From assembly GCA_038256935.1 (NCBI GenBank), contig JBBSJV010000002.1:1-41001 (forward strand): a DNA stretch of 41,001 nt. The letters are read 5' to 3'. Shown here in pieces: positions 35,461-41,001 of the stretch; positions within the stretch are counted from its first letter, which is position 1, and each line of letters begins with the position of its first letter. The translations under genes were made by a program, and so were the position numbers. Source of the DNA: Patescibacteria group bacterium. Lineage in GTDB: Bacteria > Patescibacteriota > JACMRA01. The notes under the pieces are model-generated. The model searched no databases. It worked only from the letters and a program-made list of their open reading frames with translations, and was not told the origin of the DNA.

Positions 35461-37374
35461 ATGCTCGAAATCACAGGTCAAACCACCAAAAAAGATTTAT
35501 TAAATTCTCTAGCAGGTCTTGCTAGTATTCAAGGATCTTTACTGATTCATTTACATGAATTACCCAACTTTTTAGCAACCCCAATTGCCTTTACGATTTT
35601 TAATTATCAAATAGGAAATTATCCTAGAAAGATCATTTGGACCTCTGATAAACCTGTTATTTTAGAATTTTTAAAAGATAGCCAAGTTGACTACCTTGAT
35701 CCTGACACTTACAACAAACCCCAAGATGAGCTACTTGGCGGGCAATTAGTGACTAGAAAATCACAAAATAGTCCTGATTTCAAAAGATACAAAGACGATG
35801 ACACTATAATCGAAGCTGAAATTAAAGAGATCAAATTAGATGAACAATTTGAAGCCACCGTTTCCAAATATTCACACAAGCAAAACCAGCCAGTAGAAGA
35901 TAAACCTGTCTTTATCAATCCAAAAACCTCCGCTCCATCTCAAACCCTAGACCCCTTAAGTGATAAGAGAGTTCCTTTGTCAGCTCAAGATCTACTCAAA
36001 CAAGACACTTATAAACCAAGCCTTTTAATTGATAGCTTTGAAAATACTCCAATAATGCCAGTTGTAGCTGCAGAAGCTAGTGCCCCAAATATTGAAGAAA
36101 CAGCCACTGAAGCTGCGATCGAATCACCCTTTCACGTCTCAAAAATCAGTAAACAACCTAGCCAGCAAAACCTAGATAGTTGGTTGGATCGAATCGAAGC
36201 AACAAGAGCAGCTTTGAATAAAAACTCCTACCGTAGCTACGCTCAAAAGCAAAGACAAATGTGGATGACAAGGGTAGCTCAATTTACAAGTCTTTCTATT
36301 GGCCTTACTTTAATTATTAGTTTCTTTGCCTTTGTATTCCCAACTAACGTTTATAGTCTGGAGATCAAAAACATGCAGAAACAAGACGTAGCTCCTATTA
36401 CTATAGCTAAATCTGATCTTATCAAAACCGATGAAGCTGTAGAAACTACAGTTAGTAGCGAACCAACAGGGGTAGAAACTGGAACCTTAATTAATGCTAG
36501 AGGCATCGCTACAATAGTCAATCGAAGTGGAGGAAGCGTGGCTTTTGATAAACAAGGAATCATTTTAAGAGCTGAAAACAATCAAGAGTTTAGACACGTT
36601 GGAAAAGCTAGTGAGCCAGGGACTTTTAGAATTCCTGCTAGAAGTAATGTCAATGGGGGTAGTGTAAATATCGAGATTGAAGCAGTCACAGCAGGAGAAG
36701 CAGGGCAATTGCCTGTAGGTAGTACATTAAGGATCTACAACCTTCGAAGAGACCTTATTGGTGGGCTTTTGGTTGGAGAAGTTACTCAAGCTGTTAGCCT
36801 TGTTAGACCAACTGGAAACAAGATAGTCACAGAAGCTGATGTGGATAGTTTATCAGAAAGAGCCAATCAGCAAATCGGTGTAATAGCAGGTCAAAAAGTC
36901 CTACAAGCTTCAGAACAAACTGGCAAAATAGTGGATCCCGAGTGGTATGAAATTGGTAGAGTAGATTACCAGCCAAGCCAGATTGAAGGTGAGCAAACCC
37001 CAAAAATCGATCTCAAAGCTACTTCTACAATCTCGATTTATAGTCTGGATGAAAACACTCTAAAGTCTAAAATCTTAGAAACAAACCCTAAAATCAAAGA
37101 ATTTATCAGTGTGGATGATATAGCTAAAGAAGATTTTGAATTTGACGTTGACACTCGATTTACCCTAAACGTGCAATACAGTTATATAGAACAAAATGAA
37201 TTATCCAGAGAAGATCTAATTGATATACTAGCTACCACCCAAGACTTTGAAGCTGCTAAATCAGAATTACAAAACACTTACCCAGAGATTGATAATATCG
37301 AAAAGTCTCAAGCCGGTGTGCATTTTCCAGGTATTCCAGCCAGAGTTAGTTTGGAAATTCAAGAGCAAAACTAA
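35461..37374 (+). CDS. large hypothetical bitopic membrane protein
   Basis: 637 aa. Cytoplasmic N-terminal half, one TM helix (LSIGLTLIISFFAFVF), and an extracytoplasmic C-terminal half. The stretch ...VNIEIEAVTAGEAGQLPVGSTL... is faintly reminiscent of baseplate-J-like proteins, but this is a weak impression. Confidence 0.7.
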   Translation: MLEITGQTTKKDLLNSLAGLASIQGSLLIHLHELPNFLATPIAFTIFNYQIGNYPRKIIWTSDKPVILEFLKDSQVDYLDPDTYNKPQDELLGGQLVTRKSQNSPDFKRYKDDDTIIEAEIKEIKLDEQFEATVSKYSHKQNQPVEDKPVFINPKTSAPSQTLDPLSDKRVPLSAQDLLKQDTYKPSLLIDSFENTPIMPVVAAEASAPNIEETATEAAIESPFHVSKISKQPSQQNLDSWLDRIEATRAALNKNSYRSYAQKQRQMWMTRVAQFTSLSIGLTLIISFFAFVFPTNVYSLEIKNMQKQDVAPITIAKSDLIKTDEAVETTVSSEPTGVETGTLINARGIATIVNRSGGSVAFDKQGIILRAENNQEFRHVGKASEPGTFRIPARSNVNGGSVNIEIEAVTAGEAGQLPVGSTLRIYNLRRDLIGGLLVGEVTQAVSLVRPTGNKIVTEADVDSLSERANQQIGVIAGQKVLQASEQTGKIVDPEWYEIGRVDYQPSQIEGEQTPKIDLKATSTISIYSLDENTLKSKILETNPKIKEFISVDDIAKEDFEFDVDTRFTLNVQYSYIEQNELSREDLIDILATTQDFEAAKSELQNTYPEIDNIEKSQAGVHFPGIPARVSLEIQEQN

Positions 37375-38450
37375 TGATTACTCAAAGTGAACTAGAGGCC
37401 ATCCGTTACTCCTGTTTGCAGCTGCTAGAAAGCTTTGATATTGAATCGTTAGAGGCTACCAGACTTGGCCTAGAATCAGAATTAGCTGATGGAAGCCTGT
37501 GGTCTACAGATCCTGAAGTTGCTAGAAAACTCCAGACCCAACTATCAGGGCTTGATAAACAATTGGAACAAATCAAAAGTCTCACTGAAGTCTCAGATAA
37601 CTTGCAAATCGCTTTTGAACTAGATGACCCTGATCAAGTAGAATTACTTATAAAAACATTGGATAAACAAAAATTGATCCTAGAAAGAGCTAGGTATTTA
37701 GCAGGCAAATTTGATAATCATCCTTGTATCCTATCAGTCCACGCTGGAGCAGGAGGAGTCGATGCTCAAGACTGGGCTAGTATGGTAACTTCTATGTATC
37801 AGGCCTTTTGCCAAAACCAAGGATTCAAATGCAACATAATTTCTATTTCAAGTGGGGATGAGGGAGGAGTAAAAACAGCTATGTTACAAATAGAAGGTGA
37901 CTACGCTTATGGGCTGCTAAAAGAAGAAGCAGGAGTGCATAGATTAGTCAGGTTATCTCCATTTAATTCAGCTCATACCCGCGAAACGAGCTTTTGTTTA
38001 GTAGAAGTAATCCCTGATAAATTAGATGATGAAGTGGATGTAGAAATCGATGAAAAAGATCTTAAATGGGATACTTATTTATCAGGCGGGAAAGGCGGGC
38101 AAAGTGTTAATACAACTTATTCAGCAGTTAGAGTAACTCATATTCCAAGTGGGATTGTAGTAACATGCCAGAACGAAAGAAACCAGGTCCAAAACCGCCA
38201 AATGGCCATGCATTATCTGAGAAACAAATTAGCCATCATCAAACTAAAAGAAATAGCCGATCTAAAATCAGAGCTGAGAGGAGAATTTCAAAGTGCAGAA
38301 TGGGGCAGTCAAATCCGCAACTACGTCCTGCATCCCTATAAACTAGTCAAAGACACAAGGAGTGGGTGGGAGACAAGTAATGTAGAAGATGTAATAGAAA
38401 ACGGAGAGATTCTAGAAATAATCTGGAGCGTGAAGATGAAGGAGGTGTAA
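37374..38450 (+). CDS. prfB: peptide chain release factor 2, uninterrupted
   Basis: SPF tripeptide (RLSPFNS) and GGQ (GGKGGQSVNTT). Collinear with RF2. The ATG shares one nucleotide with the upstream TAA stop. Confidence 0.95.
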   Translation: MITQSELEAIRYSCLQLLESFDIESLEATRLGLESELADGSLWSTDPEVARKLQTQLSGLDKQLEQIKSLTEVSDNLQIAFELDDPDQVELLIKTLDKQKLILERARYLAGKFDNHPCILSVHAGAGGVDAQDWASMVTSMYQAFCQNQGFKCNIISISSGDEGGVKTAMLQIEGDYAYGLLKEEAGVHRLVRLSPFNSAHTRETSFCLVEVIPDKLDDEVDVEIDEKDLKWDTYLSGGKGGQSVNTTYSAVRVTHIPSGIVVTCQNERNQVQNRQMAMHYLRNKLAIIKLKEIADLKSELRGEFQSAEWGSQIRNYVLHPYKLVKDTRSGWETSNVEDVIENGEILEIIWSVKMKEV

Positions 38451-38581
38451 GTAGGAGGTTCAAAAGGTTAAAATTAATTAAAGAAATGTCATCTCGACCA
38501 AAGGGAAAGATCCCCCGTGGTGGCAAGTGTAAATATCGTTAGCTTTAATGAATATTTTTCTAATCCTCTTACAAATTTCCC

Positions 38582-38610
38582 TGTCATTGCCAAATTTGTT
38601 TCAGAATCTT
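38582..38610 (+). repeat. degenerate hairpin-family unit
   Basis: TGTCATTGCCAAATTTGTTTCAGAATC, preceded by TTTCCC as in the next unit. Confidence 0.5.
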
Positions 38611-38636
38611 TACCTAATTCACTAACAATTTTTCCC

Positions 38637-38666
38637 TGTCATACTGAACTTGTTTCAGTATCTTTT
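38637..38666 (+). terminator. hairpin-family unit acting as a probable terminator in the convergent gap after prfB
   Basis: TGTCA-TA-CTGAA-CTTGT-TTCAG-TA-TC plus TTTT. 8-bp stem ATACTGAA/TTCAGTAT. Confidence 0.6.
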
Positions 38667-38735
38667 CCAAGTATTCTTAACTTTACATAAGCAATTACTT
38701 TTTTGGTATCTGGTATCTGAATTTATAAAAAATGA

Positions 38736-39032
38736 TTAGTTAGGAAAAATATCATTACAAATCAGTATTTGGTCATCGTTTGATAAATTTATATTAATTG
38801 ATCCTAATGAATGTTTTTGTTTTTTTAGATTTTGAATTATATCTACTGTCAAAGACTGTATGATACTGTATTTATTAGCTATACTACCATTACTTTTTAA
38901 ATTAGAAAATTCCTCGAGCATTTTTTCCTTACTTTTTTTAAAAAATCCATCTTCTCTAAATTGATAAATTAATTTAAAAATCTCGTTTAACTTAAGGTGC
39001 TTAGCAAGTAAATAGGTTTCAGCGTTTTTCAT
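38736..39032 (-). CDS. hypothetical small protein (second gene of an overlapping pair)
   Basis: 98-aa, very AT-rich ORF. Overlaps the upstream ORF by 14 nt. Confidence 0.45.
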   Translation of the reverse strand: MKNAETYLLAKHLKLNEIFKLIYQFREDGFFKKSKEKMLEEFSNLKSNGSIANKYSIIQSLTVDIIQNLKKQKHSLGSININLSNDDQILICNDIFPN

Positions 39033-39351
39033 CTATCTGTTGCATAATTTCTTTTGAAGCCATATACTCAACGCTATTAGGATCTGAAGCGGGGCTTAAA
39101 TACCTTTTTCTATGTCCGGTTTCTTTAAAATATTTATTATCTGCATTAAGTTGTTCTCCATACCCATCTTCCAATGAGCCAATAGTACCAATCATTGTGG
39201 CTAATTCTCCTAATGAATTGTAAACAATGGGTAAATGTATGAAGTTTTCAGCTTGTTTAAGCAACTCATCTTGAAGTTCAATAGATTCTAGATAATCTTG
39301 ATCCCTCAAGTATTTGGCTTCTCGTCCCATAATGATATTTATTATACCCAT
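39019..39351 (-). CDS. hypothetical small protein (first gene of an overlapping pair)
   Basis: 110-aa ORF with no motif recognised. Confidence 0.45.
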   Translation of the reverse strand: MGIINIIMGREAKYLRDQDYLESIELQDELLKQAENFIHLPIVYNSLGELATMIGTIGSLEDGYGEQLNADNKYFKETGHRKRYLSPASDPNSVEYMASKEIMQQIDEKR

Positions 39352-39511
39352 TTACTAAAATTTATCAAAACAACGCTTTAAATTAACAAAACCCAGCTAT
39401 AAGGCTGTACATGTGCATAACAAAGTCTTTAATATAAAATCAAATATCAATTTGGCTATTACAAACTATGAGTCTATCAACTTACATCAGTTTTATCTAG
39501 CCCAATAACTT

Positions 39512-40768
39512 CTAAAGATTATATCCATCTTTAAACTCATTCAATAAAGCTATACAATCTAACTGCGGGTTTAGCTTGCCCTTGTTCTCTTTATCAAAAT
39601 CAAACAATCCTGACTTTGGTCCAAAAATTGGAATATTTTTTGGTTGATCCAAAACTGGATACGCGCATATTGCCTCAAGTGGTAGCCCTCGTTTTCTGGC
39701 CTCCTCAGATTCTTTGACAAGCCTTTGCCACCAGCTAAACCTACGATTGCCAAAGCACCCAGTTTCAGTTATCACCATTGGCCTACTATACTTATCATAA
39801 AGCTCTGCTACAATATCAGCAAAACTAAGCCTATCACTACTATCCCAAGGTATTTCTTCAAATATGATACTGCCCTGATCATCAGTTTGACGGGATGAAT
39901 ATTGCTGATTATTTACATAATAATTTATCCCAATAATATCCAAATACTTAGCATTCCCGCCAAGCTCTGGATGCAGTTTACCACTCAGCATATCCCAAGC
40001 AGCTGTCCTGATATGAGTGTTAAAATATTCAATTGCCTGAATTTCTTTATCAGAAGCACCCATCCTTGGCTTGCGATAAAGGATAGGATCAGCATGGATA
40101 AATCTAACTGAGGGGTCAAACTCCCAAATAGCATCTTGAGCGGCAATTGCTGCCCTTACGTATTGTTTTTTGATTGCCAGCTCATTTTCTCGACCTTTCA
40201 AAAAAGGTGCCCATACTCCCACCATACCACCAATCCACGACCAAAATGAGATCTCATTAATTGGTAAAATATAAATTTGGCCATTGTGGTACTGCTTGAT
40301 TTTTGTGAGGCAAGCTTGAGCGTATTTTGCAAAAGAGATTACAAATTCATCGCTCAATGGATCAAGGTAATCAGGGTAATCAAAGTGATTCAAATCCCAA
40401 ATTTGCTCAATTCCTAGGTCTTTTCCAGCCTGTAGAATCGGTTCAAACCTTTCAAAGTCATATTCCCCGCCTCCTAAATCAATCTGACTCCAAGAAAACC
40501 CTTCTCGCACAGTTCCAAATCCATTTTCTAGCATCAACTCATAGTCTTCTTGCACAAAAGTATCATGTTTTTTGGCTGCCAAGAGATCCACTTCAGTTTC
40601 AGGTTTGATGGTAGCATAAGTACATTCAAATCCAGCCCAAATCGGTGAAGCAAACTTTGGTTTATCAAGTAAGCCTTTTTGATTATCATTTGAGTTATTT
40701 ACAATATCTTTTCTAGAATTAAAATCTGATAAAATAGAAGCCTGCAAGGCACTTTTTGTATTTTTCAT
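39512..40768 (-). CDS. clan GH-A (GH1-like) TIM-barrel glycoside hydrolase family protein
   Basis: IWAGFECTYA N-terminal signature, INEISFW (candidate acid/base Glu) and VITETG (candidate nucleophile Glu). Confidence 0.6.
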   Translation of the reverse strand: MKNTKSALQASILSDFNSRKDIVNNSNDNQKGLLDKPKFASPIWAGFECTYATIKPETEVDLLAAKKHDTFVQEDYELMLENGFGTVREGFSWSQIDLGGGEYDFERFEPILQAGKDLGIEQIWDLNHFDYPDYLDPLSDEFVISFAKYAQACLTKIKQYHNGQIYILPINEISFWSWIGGMVGVWAPFLKGRENELAIKKQYVRAAIAAQDAIWEFDPSVRFIHADPILYRKPRMGASDKEIQAIEYFNTHIRTAAWDMLSGKLHPELGGNAKYLDIIGINYYVNNQQYSSRQTDDQGSIIFEEIPWDSSDRLSFADIVAELYDKYSRPMVITETGCFGNRRFSWWQRLVKESEEARKRGLPLEAICAYPVLDQPKNIPIFGPKSGLFDFDKENKGKLNPQLDCIALLNEFKDGYNL

Positions 40769-40886
40769 AGGTGTTTATTTCCCAATCATGAGAAAGTAAC
40801 AGCAAAAGGTCTAAAGCATAATATGAATAGTTAATGTTGAAATGTAGTTTAAATTTATATTATTAGAAACTGTTTAATATCTTTTT

Positions 40887-41001
40887 TCACCACTTAACCC
40901 GTTTACCATAGAGCCTGTTGAGCATGAGCTTGAGGAATGCAAGTTGAGTCATAGCCTCAGTCGTCTCAACTCTTCTCTCACTATTTCTCCAGAGTCTGCG
41001 A
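40887..41001 (-). mobile_element. 3' end of an IS5/IS4-like DDE transposase gene (partial, runs off the window)
   Basis: The minus strand translates to ...RRLWRNSERRVETTEAMTQLAFLKLMLNRLYGKRVKW*. This resembles the conserved C-terminus of IS5-family transposases (...RRL..RYER....a...La...i..rrl). The sequence is visibly GC-richer than its flanks. Confidence 0.5.

Noticed and set aside
38451-38530. A perfect AGGAGG right after the prfB stop, and a 17-codon basic micro-ORF (MSSRPKGKIPRGGKCKYR) from 38496.
   Set aside because: The AGGAGG is about 37 nt from that ATG and no start codon lies within SD range. The peptide is too short and has no support. The rest of the genome does not appear to use SD motifs.
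39019-39351. MNT/HEPN-type toxin-antitoxin assignment for the two small ORFs. GSLEDGYGEQLNAD resembles the GSx3Gx5SDxD spacing.
   Set aside because: The catalytic Ser/Asp positions are not matched (NADN instead of SDxD), and no Rx4-6H motif is present in either protein. I kept only the generic description of an unknown two-gene module.
1-41001. Alternative genetic code (UGA recoding, as in some candidate phyla).
   Set aside because: Long uninterrupted ORFs are obtained with the standard code, UGA terminates at least one well-supported gene (the ABC permease, TGA at 1829-1831), and an intact RF2 with its SPF motif is encoded.

Overview
This is an AT-rich, gene-dense bacterial chromosomal segment read with the standard genetic code. 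ORFs are long and an intact RF2 is present. Purine-rich Shine-Dalgarno motifs are largely absent upstream of start codons. The gene content and style fit a small-genome, Patescibacteria/CPR-like organism, but that placement is inference only. Most genes are housekeeping. Cell division and envelope genes: ftsK, an ftsQ-like gene, a MacB/FtsX-type ABC pair, murG, ftsW/rodA, uppP, a murE-like ligase, an M23-LysM peptidase, an lspA-like gene and a YggT-like gene. Replication and repair genes: dnaB, ruvA, xth. Proteostasis genes: dnaJ, ctp, pepF, pepP. Also present: prfB, proB, rpiA, tRNA-Trp(CCA) and tRNA-Glu(CUC). I did not recognise any canonical defence system, CRISPR array, prophage or secretion system. 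The unexplained signals are mostly non-coding. (1) A GC-rich element of about 75 nt with three hairpins occurs three times. Each copy lies directly 5' of, and co-oriented with, a CDS (murG, dnaJ, a TM/TPR gene), two copies end in a TTGWCA -35-like box, and one hairpin covaries between copies. (2) A dispersed hairpin family TGTCA-NN-CTGAA-N5-TTCAG-NN-TC has compensatory NN changes, is often arranged as inverted pairs, and sits at 3' gene ends. (3) An alternating array of two other hairpin types follows tRNA-Trp. Coding oddities: a membrane-anchored HIT-family gene split at a G5 run; an 829-aa protein built from five TM-hairpin plus bPH modules; a Ser-rich surface protein with a sortase-like but non-LPXTG C-terminal signal; an AT-rich pair of overlapping small ORFs beside a glycosidase; and a GC-richer IS5-like transposase fragment at the right edge.
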